Made by a program: the position numbers and the translations under genes. From NCBI GenBank assembly GCA_951406725.2, contig OX597815.1, positions 8,246,001 to 8,310,000 on the forward strand: a stretch of 64,000 bases of DNA. The letters run 5' to 3'. Within the stretch, counting starts at the first letter, position 1; each line of letters starts with the position of its first letter. This document shows, one piece after another, positions 1 to 14,308 of the stretch. The notes under the pieces were generated by a model. The model saw only the letters and a program-made list of their open reading frames with translations. It searched no databases and was not told where the DNA came from. The DNA is from Octopus vulgaris. Taxonomy: Eukaryota.

Positions 1-230
1 AAAGGTACCATCCACTCCATTTAAATTCAGGACCAAGTACTGCCATAGCCTAGGGTTCAAAGACCCACAGCTCTCCAATGCCCTGCCACAAGAATTAAGA
101 AATCTGCATAAGGTGGAAGTAGATGTCTGCCTAAAGGAACTAGATAACCTCTCCACAATACCCGATGAACCAACAGGGCTACATGAAGTACAGACCAGGG
201 CAGCGGAATCAAGCCCTCTTATATAACAAA
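1..230 (+). mobile_element. 3' end fragment of a CR1/L2-like non-LTR retrotransposon
   Basis: Translates to PQLSNALPQELRNLHKVEVDVCLKELDN..TIPDEP, resembling the GPxLFNxLPxxIRN...FKxxLDxFLxxIPDEP C-terminus of invertebrate CR1/L2-group ORF2. Confidence 0.6.
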
Positions 231-419
231 TGTACCGAGAGCTGAGAACGCTGTCGTATGGTTGAAACGAGTAAAAAAGTAAGAGTACACAAACACACGT
301 ATAATGATGAGAGGAAGAAAATGGAGAATTATGAATGGTTAAATAGTTAATTTGTATGATATAATGAAGTTGAAAGTTTTATATCTACTACATATGTGGG
401 GAATTCTGTCTGTGGGTGT

Positions 420-870
420 GTTTGTGGAGTTGTTAGCTAACCCCTCCTACATAGTTTTATCGATTTTGAGTAGAACTCATGTCTGGAAACCTCGTGGCAT
501 ACTCAGAGTGCTGGAAAAAGGGATAATAGGGCCCCTAGAAGGGATCCTTATATATATATATAATATATTTTATTTTAAAAACCAAGGGAAATAGCCCATT
601 CGCTCCTAGAAGGGATCCTTATACCCAATGGAAATAACTTATAGGTAATGATTATTATTAAAATTATAATTAAGGGTATCTAAAATACACCACCATGCTA
701 GAGAAATCAGTCAAATCTTGACTCTAAAACTACATACAGCACCAGGAGAAAATACCCTTTGTTATAATTTTAATAATAATCATTACCTATAAGGTTTTTA
801 TTCCCATCCTGGTCACTTGATATGATCGGTATTTTAAATAACGATCTTATCTTTATTTATATAAGTATAA

Positions 871-901
<31 letters not shown>

Positions 902-1480
902 TACATACATTTTGGAGACAATGATGAAAATAAACAAATAAAACTACTTGGTTTTGATGTAAAATATATATATATACAGGTATACATGTAAATAGAGAGA
1001 AAGCAACGATTGAAAATTTTCAGACGATGAGTATTCAAGTGCAAATGTATATGTAGATATTTATATATTAACAGAGAAAACTTACACAGAGTACAAATAC
1101 ACAGAAAAGTAAAGAGAAGGTATTATGTCACAAGTTCGACAACTGTTTCTGGGGGCTCGGAGTTACATAATGTTGACAGATGAAGTTCACCAGAATATGC
1201 AATCAGTAATGGAAGCAAAGAAACATAAAATAGATTCGACCTCCGTCTTCAGGGTGGATAGATAAAAATCTCTATTTACATGTATACATGTATATATATA
1301 TTCTGTATATTAAACCCAAGTAGTTTGATTTGGTTATTTGCATCATTGTCTCCATATTTGCACACCTGGATTTTTCTTCTAACTACTCTTTACCCCTGCA
1401 TGTCTGGAAACCTCATGGCATTACTCAGATTGGTGAAAAAAATGGATAACAGGGCCCCTGGAAGGGATCCTTATAGCCAA
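420..1480. mobile_element. Cluster of direct and inverted terminal-repeat fragments, probably Penelope-like pseudo-LTRs
   Basis: Direct repeat 479-552 vs 1398-1475 (catgtctggaaacctc...gaagggatccttata); inverted repeats ~905-1000 vs 1268-1355 and ~640-670 vs 760-790. Confidence 0.45.
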
Positions 1481-1504
1481 GGTTGGGGGGACTAACACAG
1501 ATAC

Positions 1505-1985
<481 letters not shown>

Positions 1986-2310
1986 GTAGCGTGGGTTATT
2001 CCCAAATACGAAGTCCCTTTGCATAGCATATTACATAACATTACGCAAATTCGCATTCGTTATATAACCACTCCAAGTGATATTCTGGCAGACATTTTGC
2101 TAAAATATATCTTTGACACACACATGGATTAGCTGGATATCCGAGGACCAGTAAATGACTGTATGGGCTGCTATACTGACCAGTTGGATCACCTGGAGTA
2201 CTCTGAGTTCATTTGCCACGATCTGTTTGCTCCTTTCTGTATTGATATACAAGCATGTGTATGCATATGTGTGTGTTTGCGTGCGCACGCACATACACGT
2301 ACACATATAT

Positions 2311-2496
2311 ACCTATTTCTTTACTACCCACAAGGGGCTAAACATAGAGGGGGACAAACAAGGACAGACAAACGGATTAAGTCGATTACATCGACCCCAG
2401 TAATTAACTGGTACTTATTTAATCGACTCTGAAAGGATGAAAGGCAAAATCGACCTCGGCGGAATTTGAACTCAGAACGTAAAGACGGGCGAAATA
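2311..2496 (-). mobile_element. SINE family A, 5'-truncated
   Basis: Reverse complement of the family A body and tail seen at 8134-8362. Confidence 0.9.
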
Positions 2497-2537
2497 GTGT
2501 GTATATATATGTATATATATAATATATACATATACAT

Positions 2538-2684
<147 letters not shown>

Positions 2685-2788
2685 TATATATATGTGTATA
2701 TATATATATATAAAAGGCAAGTAACAGGTTGCTTAGCCACATACCGAAAAATTAGAAATAGCAGTCAAAGACCGCTTATTTCTATTTT

Positions 2789-2844
<56 letters not shown>

Positions 2845-2990
2845 GAGAAAAACACCTTTTATCAATTCAAAATGAACAATTAAATTACATATAATATTAT
2901 GTGAAATTTGATTTAGTATTTCTAAATTGAACTCTTTTCCCTGTAAGTTTGGATTTATATTCCCTCAAATAATAATTATTATATTATTAT

Positions 2991-3043
<53 letters not shown>

Positions 3044-3663
3044 TGTGTGTGTTTTCACTGGTTTTCATATTTTTAGTTGTACTTTTTATTTTTCCTGAAT
3101 AATATTCGTCATAATATTCTTGTATTCCTGTCACTGGTTCGATTTTTAAAGGAATTAAAGTATTAACGCATTTTCTTCTGCCTTCATACTTTTACGTTAC
3201 GTCTCTCTCTCTGTGGCAAACACGACCTGATGTCATGTTATCATTTTTCTTTCTAATTTGTTTGTTTGTCTTGATATCCTTTGTTGTTCCCAAAATAAGA
3301 ACACTGTGTGGATATGGGGGGGTGGGTAGCTGAATTTAGTTGGTTTTAGTCTTATTGTATCCTTGGTAGCTTTTTTATTTTTTTTATTAAGGAGACGTTT
3401 TTAATCCATTCATCGTTTCTCTTGAGCGTGTTAGAGAGATCAAAGTCTGCTCTATTTATTCTTTATAGTTTTTGTACTCTGTTTTAATGTGGTGTCTTTT
3501 GGACGTCTGAAAAGAAATATATTTGATCTTTTGTGTCCTGTGAGAAAATATAGGTGTATCTTTTGTTTTCACTGTATTTTCGCAGGTTTTCTGCTATCTT
3601 TACTCTTACACTGCGGGCCGTTTCCTTTTAAGAATGCGGAAAGATCGCCAAGAATACCTTATA

Positions 3664-3804
3664 GGCATTGTTTCGTTCGAAAGAATGTCTTCTTTGGCGA
3701 TCATTCGGTACTAGTAACATAACTGCCAATTATAAACCCACGTGGGTTTATTTACATTTCTGAAGAAAAAAGAAACCCTTCCCCTCACCCCTAACCCTAC
3801 CCCC

Positions 3805-3861
<57 letters not shown>

Positions 3862-3934
3862 CGGAAAGTGACGATCTTCTTTAAATGTAAACAAATAGAC
3901 GTGATGTGAACGGTACTGATATCGAAAGAATGCC
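3664..3934. mobile_element. Small MITE-like element
   Basis: Ends ggcattgtttcg / cgaaagaatgcc are inverted; internal gggtttatttacatttctgaagaaaaaaga..ccctaaccc is shared with the 19823 MITE family. Confidence 0.5.
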
Positions 3935-4607
3935 GCCTTCTTCTATATAGGTTGACCTGTTGTCCCTAAATCCTCTTTCCATACATCTCATATGTAACAC
4001 TACCATTCTAGTTTTGCAATATATCTATGCGTTGGTTGTACACACTATATAGTTGTCAGTGCGAGTATTTCCATTCTTTGGGTATGAGTTACAACAGTGA
4101 CTTCATAGATCTGCCTGTTTTTCCTACTACTTAGATTCTAAGTTTTGTTTCATGTGGTGCTTTCCTAATTTGTGGGTTAGGTCACCTCTGGATGAGCATC
4201 GATACACATCACACATTAGAATTCGTTTTTGGTATTTCAGGAGTTTTCTTGTCTAGCTGTATTCCTTTTTGCTTTCCAGTCTGTTTCGAAATTTTCTCCG
4301 GTCATGGGGCCCGCATCATCTGCATCATTGCTAACGATAGTTTCAAACTTTTCCTGGTTCCTCTATATACTCTGGTTTGATATTTTGGTGATATTCGGAG
4401 AATTGCATGTATAAAATCCTGTGCGTGCTTTCTCAGTTCGCAGAGTGGTAGATATGTGACGGAACTATACTGAACAGATATTCATATGATTTGGTTATAG
4501 TAAAGGACTTGCCGCACTTTGTGGAGAAACTGATAGCACAAACCTGGTCTCCGGTATACATTGAATTTCACGTACTGCACGCTTTGGGTTTTACATCGGA
4601 CATATAT

Positions 4608-4832
4608 ATTTCTTTACTGCCCACAAGGGGCTAAACATAGAGGGGACAAACAAGGACAAACGGATTAGGTCGATTATATCTACCCCAGTGCGAAACTGGT
4701 ACTTTATTTATCGACCCGAAAGGATGAAAGGCAAAGTCGACCTCGGCGGAATTTGAACTCAGAACGTAACGACAGACGAAATACCGCTAAGCATTTCGCC
4801 CGGCGCGTTGACGTTTCTGCCAGCTCGCCGCC
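4608..4832 (-). mobile_element. SINE family A, full length
   Basis: tRNA-like head, core gcctttcatcctttcggggtcgataa (Deu/Nin-domain-like); 17-bp TSD ttacatcggacatatat at 4591 and 4833. Confidence 0.93.
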
Positions 4833-5595
4833 TTACATCGGACATATATGTTATATAAAATCACCGGGAAGTGCTACTGGTAACAAGCGTGGTCGGGTCA
4901 TCGCGACTAAACCGCCAAACCCATTAGCCAAACCTGGTGATGGTTTGCTAGAGACCAAGGACATGAGCAAATCGTATCAAAGTGACTGGTGAATCTTCTG
5001 TGGGGTGAACGACCATCTAGCAATAGCGTAGGAACTTAGAAGTATCCGGCTTGTCATTCGGTGCTGTAAGCACACAGGGTCAAGCACTTCCTAGCCCTCG
5101 TTAAAGTGTTTCTAGGAGAAGGCTACTCCAATATAAAACCTGAGCAGTGATGTTCTGGGAAGTTGTGGTGCACGCACTTATAACACACTGAGCTATCTAC
5201 TAACATCTTGGTAGGCTAGTCGACGATTAGTAAAATAACTTGATCATAGATACGATACAGTGATCTTGGCTACTATGCTTGTGGCACGTAACATTTAGAC
5301 AAAATGGTCTGTTGACTGCAAAGTGTCTGGGTCATGAACACTTTACAGCACTGTTCTCACTGTAGTATCTACTAACAATTAAGTTGACTGGACTGCTGAT
5401 AGTAAAATACCTTGATCATAGGTACAGTACAGTGGATTATACCACACTGGAGTATCTAGTTACATTGGGTATGATTTATAATAGTGACTTGATAGATCTG
5501 CCTGTTTTTGTACTACTTAGACTGGTTGTTGATCAATGAACATAGTGCAATGAACGATACTGCACTGTGATACAGTTAGGTGCACTCAACTATTA

Positions 5596-7698
5596 CCGGG
5601 ATTTTCCGAAAATCCGCTCAGGGCTGTTAAACGAAAAATTCTATTTTACAAAACTATTTTTTTTTTCGGCTTAAATAACCGCCCAGCTATAAATAAGTGC
5701 CCTTGGATGGTAATATGGAAGTAAAATATCTCACCTAGGGAAAATAAAAATATTCTCAAAAACCATATTTATTTTATACAATTCCATTGAACTTCTTTCG
5801 TTTCAGTTATCGGATATATAAACATAAAGAAACTGAAATAGCCTTAAAAGAAGTAGCATATTAAAAAATATTCTGAAGTTAACAATGGATCTATTAGGAA
5901 AATTAAACTGTTGGAAACATAAATAGAAGCCTCGTATGAACAAATAATGTCCTTGGGCATTTATGGTAGAATAATAACCGAATGTAAGCATTATTAAGCA
6001 CGTGCATATCACTCAGGCTTGCGAGAAAGGGATGGCCTCCCTTTGCAAATACTTCAAGGGCACTGAAATGGTGTCTAAAGCCAGCTGGAGACGACGATCT
6101 CCTGGAGCTATAGAGCTACAGTAACACCCCCCTCCCCTTTGTGGTTAACCATATTAAGATGGCTTCTATACTTTACAATAACCGAATGGTTTCAAGTTAA
6201 ATATCACGAATTTCTTAATTTGTTGCTTGGCCATAATTCACATCAGAGCGAATTTCATTTACTTGTATCTCATCTTCTTCAATTTTGTCGTTATGTGCAT
6301 CTGGCACATTTACCTCAAGGCCAGACAAAATATCCTGTAAGCCTGAGTTTAAGAGGCTATCTTCTACAGTCCGTCCACGAGGAGCAATTCCACAACATTC
6401 AAAAGCACGCCTTATAGTTTCTTTATTTGAAGTGGCAACAACTTTGGTCACAAAGTTCACTATCTCTTGATAAGAAGGTTTTTTTGTGATATGCTTTATT
6501 TGTATACTCCTTTTTTGCCATTTGAAAACCGATTCTCTCTTTCAACACGAAGGGCTTTCTTCAAAGGACCAATAATTGATACATCTAACGGCTGCAAGTA
6601 AGATGTTTTAGGAGGAATAAGTTTGAGAATTGTATTCCTACGTTTGAACGCTTCTTGGAGTTTTGTTTTCTTGTGTACTGAGCATTCATCCATGAATAGC
6701 ACTGAATTTTGATCATGGAATTGTGCTGTTCTCTGCCCAAACACTTTGTCAGCCCACACCTGCATGAGTTCATATGTGATTGATCTCCTGTTGGGGACTA
6801 TTAATTAGATATTCTTTGGAACCTTGATTTTAAGCACGTTTTTCAATCCTTTAAGGATAATCATTGTTTTCAACACCTTTCCTGCAGCATTAACACACAA
6901 CACAGCAATAAAACGAGCTTTGGTAGCACCACAGTAGCTAGCATCTACATTTTTACTGCCAACAAAGTCGATGGTTGTTGAACTCAACATGTCAACGTCT
7001 ACAGGTGTTTCATCCATATTATAAATCTGGTCAGCATCCTCATCTGCTGTTAATCCTGGAATGCTATCTAGATAGTCACTGGCGATTTGTGCCTTCAGGT
7101 GTTTTATTGTCTGCTTGACCAAAATGTGTAATCTTTCTCACAGTTAGTTTAATCCGTTTCATGAAATTGAAAATCCATTTATCAGAACATCCAAAGCTGT
7201 TCATTTCAATTCCAAACTTTTTTTACCAATTCAAAATTATATTCCCGTAAACAGCGATAATTTACAATTATATTGTTTGTACGCTGAACAACAGTCCTCT
7301 GTAAGGGTTCAATCCCTAGATCCCTATGTGCTGGTCCTCTACCTCCACCAATTGATCTGCTCCTCCTCTTGTCCGACATATGGATTAACTCAGTTTCTTT
7401 CGTGCACCATTCTCTCAGTCGTTTACTATCAATACCTAAGTCTCTTGTCGCAGCAGATAAATTGCCAGAATGTTCTTTTACTCGTTTTACAGCATTCAAT
7501 TTTTCACTGATGGTATATGATCGTTGAACACGTTTTGATATATTTTCTTTCGACTCAATTATTGGAGCAAATGAACGTCTAAACAGAATGCAAACAAGAA
7601 CACTAACTCTGTTTCAACTTTTAACCTCAAATAACCTCCCACCCAAATAAACGCCCACGGGCGATCTAATGGATGGGCGGATTTTCGGAAAGCTCCGG
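5596..7698 (-). mobile_element. Full-length decayed pogo/Tigger-type (IS630-Tc1-mariner) DNA transposon
   Basis: TIRs ccgggattttccgaaaatccgctca / tgggcggattttcggaaagctccgg with TA on both sides; transposase remnants inside. Confidence 0.9.
6215..7520 (-). pseudogene. pogo-family transposase pseudogene (HTH/CENP-B-like + DDE_1), frameshifted
   Basis: Consecutive ORFs: 7206-7499 (NLSAATRDLGIDSKRLREW, HTH), 6805-7122 (IYNMDETP), 6496-6765 (VLFMDECSVH...IPPKTSYLQPLDV), 6215-6460 (IRRAFECCGI). Confidence 0.9.
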
Positions 7699-8133
7699 TA
7701 ATAGTTAGTGGTTTGCTCATCCTCCTAATGTTCCCTCCTTACACACACACACACACATACCCACACACACACACACACACACATAACCACACGCACACAT
7801 ACCCACACACACACACACACACCACACGCACACATACCCACACACACACACACATACCCACACATACACACATAACCACACACACACACATACCCACACA
7901 CACACAATTGTGTATTTCACTTGTATAAAACTACCCCGATCTGTGAACTTGTTTTCTGTAATTTATTTTAAATATATTCCAATAATGTCACAGCTTATGA
8001 ATGGCGTCTGCATAGGGTAAGGAAAGAGGATTATGGATTTTAAGCTTCGGACAATGTTTCTTCCCAGAGATTAGCAAGTATAAAGTTTTCCAATCTTTGT
8101 TGCTATACGTACACTTTACCGAGTGGTATTATA

Positions 8134-8362
8134 CGGCGAGCTGGCAGAAACGTTAGCACGCCGGGCGAAATGCTTAGTGGTATTTCGTCTGCCGCTACGT
8201 TCTGAGTTCAAATTCCGCCGAGGTCGACTTTGCCTTTCATCCTTTCGGGGTCGATTAAATAAGTACCAGTTACGCACTGGGGTCGATATAATCGACTTAA
8301 TCCGTTTATCTGTCCTTGTTTGTCCCTTCTGTGTTTAGCTCCTTGTGGGTAGTAAAGAAATA
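8134..8362 (+). mobile_element. SINE family A, full length
   Basis: A-box-like tggcagaaacgttag, B-box-like gagttcaaattcc, Deu/Nin-like core; TSD ggtattatac. Confidence 0.93.
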
Positions 8363-8993
8363 GGTATTATACGCCCTCATTCATATATTGTTTTTTTTTT
8401 AAACCTATTACCTTAATCAAATTTAAACTTAATATCGCATCCAGCAATATGCTTTTTTTTTTATAAAAAAAGAAAAACGGGTTATTTATGTAGATTAGTG
8501 CCCCCTATATTAAATTGTTATGGGAATTACTAAAGAAAGCAAGGTTTTATTTAATGAAATTATACAGGACCTTGGCAGGTCATCAATCATGTTTCTGCTC
8601 GCTGATGTCCTATTTCATGTCCTATTCGTATTCTAGACCCAACAAAGATTTCAAAAAAAAATTGTTTATAAAATATAAGTCTCCTGTCTGATTTATGTAT
8701 TTACATTTCAAAGTAAACTACGAACCCCCTAAACATCCAGCACCTCTCATAGTGCCCTCCTGCACTTAAGGTTTTTCACGACCTTGTGTGATCACAAGGT
8801 GTGCAAGTTGGTTGTCTAGATGAAAAAAACTATTGTATTAAACGAACGTAAATGTAAGCAAGAGATATTATTTAACTCTAGGAAAATCTCTGGCGCGAAA
8901 AACCTCGTTTCTATTTATTGCCTTTAATGTGACACACATCACATATTCTGGCAGCGGTTTCAGGAAAATATCCTACACTGCATGAGTCATTTG

Positions 8994-9034
<41 letters not shown>

Positions 9035-9094
9035 TTGTGTTTGCGTTTGTGTGTGTGTGTGTGTGTGCGTGTGTGTGTGTGAGTGTGTGTGTGT

Positions 9095-9163
<69 letters not shown>

Positions 9164-9280
9164 TGTGTGTGTGTGTGTATGCGCGCGCTTTTCTGGTCAG
9201 TGACTGTGTAGTTGCTCACACTAATTGCGTATTTGGAATTAATATCTATATATATATGTCTATATATGGTTTATATACAC

Positions 9281-9330
<50 letters not shown>

Positions 9331-9334
9331 TATA

Positions 9335-9388
<54 letters not shown>

Positions 9389-9550
9389 AATATATATATA
9401 GGTGAGAAAGTTGGTGTGTGAAAGCACGTGGTTGAATATATAGAAAATAGTAAAAAGTGAAAAAACTTTATAACATTCTTCAGACATAATGACTCAAATA
9501 TATTTTTTAACCTTTTAAAACAAGCCTTCTGTAGTTTATTCACTTTTTAC

Positions 9551-9623
<73 letters not shown>

Positions 9624-9624
<1 letters not shown>

Positions 9625-10020
9625 TAGCTGTATCGCCCGGCGTTGCTCGGGTTTGTAAGGGAAATAACTATATAAGCATTTTTAGAGAGTTATAGCCAAA
9701 AAATAGGAAAAAAATGCATTAAAAATGGAAAATAAATTAAGGTAAATTTCTTTTTAAATCGTTGACACATCGTAGATATTTTTAGAGAGTTACTTCCCTT
9801 ATATAATAGCGAAAAAAATGCATTAAAATGGAAAAATATGATGGTAAATTTTTTTAAATCGTAGACTCATCGTAGACGCGCGCTAATACCCAGAAGGGCT
9901 CGATATGACTCACGACTATAAGATACCCGGTTTTGGTTACACTGCACCGCAAAATGTGGGAGTAGTTACGAATCTAAATCGTAGGAGACAGACACACAAC
10001 TTCACTCTTATATATAAAGA
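9624..10020 (-). mobile_element. Non-autonomous Helitron
   Basis: On the minus strand begins TC after A and ends with hairpin cccgagcaacgccggg then CTAG before T; same family as 56612-57413. Confidence 0.85.
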
Positions 10021-10130
10021 TATGTCACGTAGTTATATACACATACTTTGTTATATACACATTCTTAAAAGAAAATGTTATTTTGAATACAACATTTATA
10101 AAGAATAAAATATTTTTTGGTTTTTCTTAA

Positions 10131-10935
10131 CCCTTTCGTTACTATATTTCTGACCAAAATACACCCCTTATGTGTTTCAATTATTTTCTAACGTAATCAT
10201 AAATTTAGTCTGGTTTCATTAAACAACAATAACTTTTTTATTTATCAATATATTAATGTGATTTTTGGAAGATAATTTAATGAAATGTCCTCAACCAATT
10301 CTATACTATAATTTTTGTCACAAAGTGACTCTAATTGCAGGTAGATACAGGTAAATTCAACAATATATAAAATTATTAAAATTTTGTTCAAACATTGCTA
10401 TAGAAAATGGGTTATTAGCTAATATTCAATTGGGTATACAACAAAATTTTACGATAGAATTTGTTATTCTGGGTAACTTTCTGATACCCATAATAATATT
10501 TATGGCAAAATAAGCCTTAATTTCATTTAAGGTTGTGGGAAATAACAAAGTATCCTTTCTTTCGTTTTGTTTACGTTTAGCGTAACGGTTCGTTTCCGCC
10601 GTAATGATTTCAAATGGGCTCATTCGAAAAAGTAAAAAGAAATAGTTTAAGGCTTTACTCTTCTGGGAAAGTCTGTGGCTTGGTGCAGTTTCTTCAGAAA
10701 AATCACCGAAAGAAACAGTTTTTAAATTTTCACTCCATTCAGGTACCAATTCATTTTCTTAATCGCTGTCGGATTCACTGTTTTCACTTTAATCGTTGCA
10801 AACTTGCAAAGACAAAGGAGAAATTAGAGTGATAGCGTCAGTGAAACAGTTCGCTCCGTTTGTGTGTGTGTGCGTTTGCGTGTGGTGTAAGCCACACTAA
10901 GAAAACATTTGACATATACACCACAATGTGAGTTT
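10131..10935 (-). mobile_element. piggyBac remnant with transposase N-terminal fragment
   Basis: TTAA|CCCTTT terminus at 10127-10136; ORF 10426-10749 (LNYFFLLF..FEIITAETNRYA...TTLNEIKAYFAINIIMGIRKLP) is PGBD4/DDE_Tnp_1_7-like. Confidence 0.8.
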
Positions 10936-10939
10936 TCTC

Positions 10940-11101
10940 TAAATTTTGCTTAATTGGGGTTGAAATTTTAAAAAGTGGACCTGGCACGACCCGATGCATT
11001 CTACTCTTAAAAATGCTAGGTAAATTGTAATTGAAGAAATCCTATATTGTAGGTTTCTATAACTGACAAAGGGAGGCAGATAAAATCTGCCTTTTATAAT
11101 A

Positions 11102-11104
<3 letters not shown>
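10940..11104 (-). mobile_element. Possible 5' fragment of a non-autonomous Helitron
   Basis: Minus strand starts a|tcttattataaaaggcag at a (TA)n edge, like the other Helitron 5' ends here. Confidence 0.4.
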
Positions 11105-11144
<40 letters not shown>

Positions 11145-11251
11145 CACACACAATACACATGTGTGTGTGTATATATATGTGTGTGTGAATACATGCACAC
11201 ATATGCTAATATAAAAAGTTTACTTCGTACTTTTTGTAGAATATGTATGTA

Positions 11252-11455
11252 CAGGGTGGCTCAAAAGTAGGTTTAGAGTTATTCAACTATCTCATTCGCA
11301 TTCATATAATAACAGTTTAGAGCTTAATTATAAAAAAAATATTAAACCATTATTCTATGCTAATTGTAAGAGAGAAATTGAAATGTAATAGAATGTTTTA
11401 AAAGAAATTTAAAGTGCCTACATGATAACTGTAAACCTACTTTTGGGTCACGCTG
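11252..11455. mobile_element. Tc1/mariner-type MITE
   Basis: TIR cagggtggctcaaaagtaggttta / taaacctacttttgggtcacgctg with TA TSD. Confidence 0.85.
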
Positions 11456-11725
11456 TATGTATGTATGTATGTATGTATGTATGTATGTATGTATGTATGT
11501 ATGTATGTATGTATGTATGTATGTATGTATGTATGTATGTACGTACGTACGTACGTACGTACGTATGTATGTATGTATGTATGTATGTATGTATGCATGA
11601 ATGCATGCATGTATGTATGTATGTATGTATGTATGTATGTATGTATGTATGTACGTACGTACGTATGTATGTATGTATGTATGTATGCATGCATGCATGC
11701 ATGCATGTATGTATGTACTATGTAT
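11456..11725. repeat. (TATG)n microsatellite
   Basis: Directly visible. Confidence 0.97.
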
Positions 11726-12232
11726 TACATTAAAATATTTTGAAATGCTAACGAGTAAATATATTCAATAAAATTGCCATTGGCTTCAACCACTGCCTCC
11801 AGACTTCAGACTCTCCTGCAACTCTTCTGGGCCGTCTCCTTCTGGTCGTTAGAGCCATTTATTCAAGGTATCCTTTCGCTGATTCTTGGGTGTTATACGA
11901 GGGAGATCTGGGTTGTTATTTCTCGCATGTCGAGTGGCCATCTAGTGGCTCTTGTTGCAGTTGCTGTAGTTGTTCTAGTTGTCATGCTTGGTTAACTTAG
12001 TTGCGAGAGATAGTATAATTTCACATGTAATATCCCGCTTCTTCGATTAACAGAGATTATTTCTGCATTTAATAGACAGACGCTGTATTCTCTAGAGCAG
12101 CTGTCCTCAATTTTTTTTGTGACACCACGGACCGGTTTCACACCAGACAATTTTCCACGGATCTGAGGATTATGCTTATAACAAAACACAATGAAGTGCA
12201 TAGTATTTAATGTAATTATTACATAGGTATAT

Positions 12233-12571
12233 GCTGAGAACCCCTTCGGTCATGACTGACCGTGGGATTACACCCAGAATGCTACCCTCCCAGGCACAAG
12301 TCCGAGCAAGTTTGTTTATGGAAGACCAGCAGTCGCCCATGCATACCGGCCTCCCCTCTCCACGCTACCAGTGTTATCCAAGGGAACGGCAAAGGGGCCG
12401 ATACAGCTTGGCACCAGTGACGTCGCAACTCATTTCTACTGCTGAGTTAACTGGAGCAACATGAAATATAGTGTCTTGCTCAAGAACACAACACGCAGCC
12501 CTGTCCGGGATTCGAACTCACAACCTTACGATCGTAAGCTCGACGTTCTAACCACTGAGCCATGCGCCTTC
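12233..12571 (-). mobile_element. tRNA-derived SINE family D
   Basis: Head gaaggcgcatggctcagtggttag...gagttcgaatccc, core gtgttcttgagcaagacact; TSD acataggtatat at 12221 and 12572. Confidence 0.85.
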
Positions 12572-12627
12572 ACATAGGTATATAATACATATTACGTATA
12601 TATTACTTGTATAATACTTACACCATC

Positions 12628-12890
12628 CATGGCCCAATGGTTAGGATGTTACGCTCACGATCGCGAGATCGTATTTCTATTCCTAGACCGGATGGTGCGT
12701 TGTGTTCTTGAGCAAAACACTTCATCTCACCTCATCGATACTTGACACCTGTTCAAGCAATGTCGATTTGATGGAAATAGTGAAGTTATGTACAACACAT
12801 ACATTTGATCGCTATAAAGAATCATTGTAGGTCATTCGGTAAAAGCTGAAGACTCCATACGTTGTCTTCGACAGGGGAGTCCATCATCGT
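12628..12890 (+). mobile_element. Old tRNA-derived SINE, related head
   Basis: catggcccaatggttagg...gttgtgttcttgagcaaaacactt. Confidence 0.6.
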
Positions 12891-13219
12891 GCAAAGCGAT
12901 CCTGCAGACTGCGGTAGTCCATAAAATGGAACTAAAATTTTAAAATTTATTCGTTTTTCTGTGGCCTGATACCAAATGGTTCACGGTCTGGTGGTTGGGA
13001 ACCTCCTGCTTTGAAATCTGAAAATAATAAGCAAGAGAGATAAAAAAAAAAAAACTCATTGAATTTTTGGAAACTAAAGGAAGTACGAGTGAATCTTCTC
13101 TTTTAAATTTGATTTGTGAATGCAACGGACACATTTCGATCTTGTTAGACCTCCTTAGCGAAGTATGTTCATCTCTCTTGCTAAGACTTAGAAGTGATCA
13201 GCATAAGTATGTATGTAGA

Positions 13220-13242
13220 TAAATAGAGAAAGAGAGAGAGAT

Positions 13243-13311
<69 letters not shown>

Positions 13312-13597
13312 GAGAGAGGAAGAGACAGAGAGGGGAGAGACAGACAGACAGAAACAGAGAGAGAGAGAGGGGAGAGAGAGACATACAGACAGACAGACAG
13401 AAACAGAGAGAGAGAGGGGAGAGAGAGACATACAGACAGACAGACAGACAGAAACAGAGGTGAGAGAGAGAGAGGGGAGAGACAGACAGACAGAAACAGA
13501 GAGAGAGAGGGAGAGAGAGACATACAAACAGACAGACAGAAACAGAGAGAGAGGGAGAGAGAGACATACAGACAGACAGAAACAGAGACACAGAGGT

Positions 13598-13660
<63 letters not shown>
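13220..13660. repeat. (GA)n/(GACA)n compound microsatellite
   Basis: Directly visible. Confidence 0.95.
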
Positions 13661-13662
<2 letters not shown>

Positions 13663-14308
13663 GTGTAAGGCTAAGGAAAAAAGCTAAGCGTTCTGCATAC
13701 TAAATACTTTTCTTTCAGAGTTGATTTTCTTTCAGTTTAATTCAGTTTCGTTTATTCGTTTATTTTGTTGGACTTGTAAAAACATACACGTTCTAGTTAC
13801 AATGACAATAGATTCGACAATACACTTACAATAACAATCGTGAAACTGTGGAATCCGAGGGAACCTGTGATGGTATTCATACTTTGGCAAATAGTGAATA
13901 CTTAAAGGTTCATGTTTACAACGTGACCCGGAAACGAAAATCGGAAAAAAAAATAGTGCAACAGGTGTAAAATAATGTGTAGGAAACGAATATGAAATAA
14001 AAAAACGCGCGGAAACATCGGAGGGAGGGGAGAGGACCTCGGAAAATTCACGAGATCCGAGTTTTTCCCTCATAACTTTTAGGAAAATGGGGGTTTTTTT
14101 CGATGAAATTTTATACAAATACCTTTCACACTGCATATGTTCTATATTCCAGCTAGAACCTAAATAATTTTTGCATCACTATAATATCCTTGGCATCACA
14201 AGCACGTACGTGATTGCGTCTATTAGGATGCTGGTCTGATTTTTGAAGGAGGGTTAATCCCGATTCATCGTCCTCCTTTTCATAGTCTTCGTTGTTACTC
14301 TGAGGAGT

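Noticed and set aside
4095-4135. GIY-YIG-like peptide VVGKTGRSMKS on the minus strand
   Set aside because: No surrounding ORF support, and the segment recurs as a non-coding module at 5480-5520.
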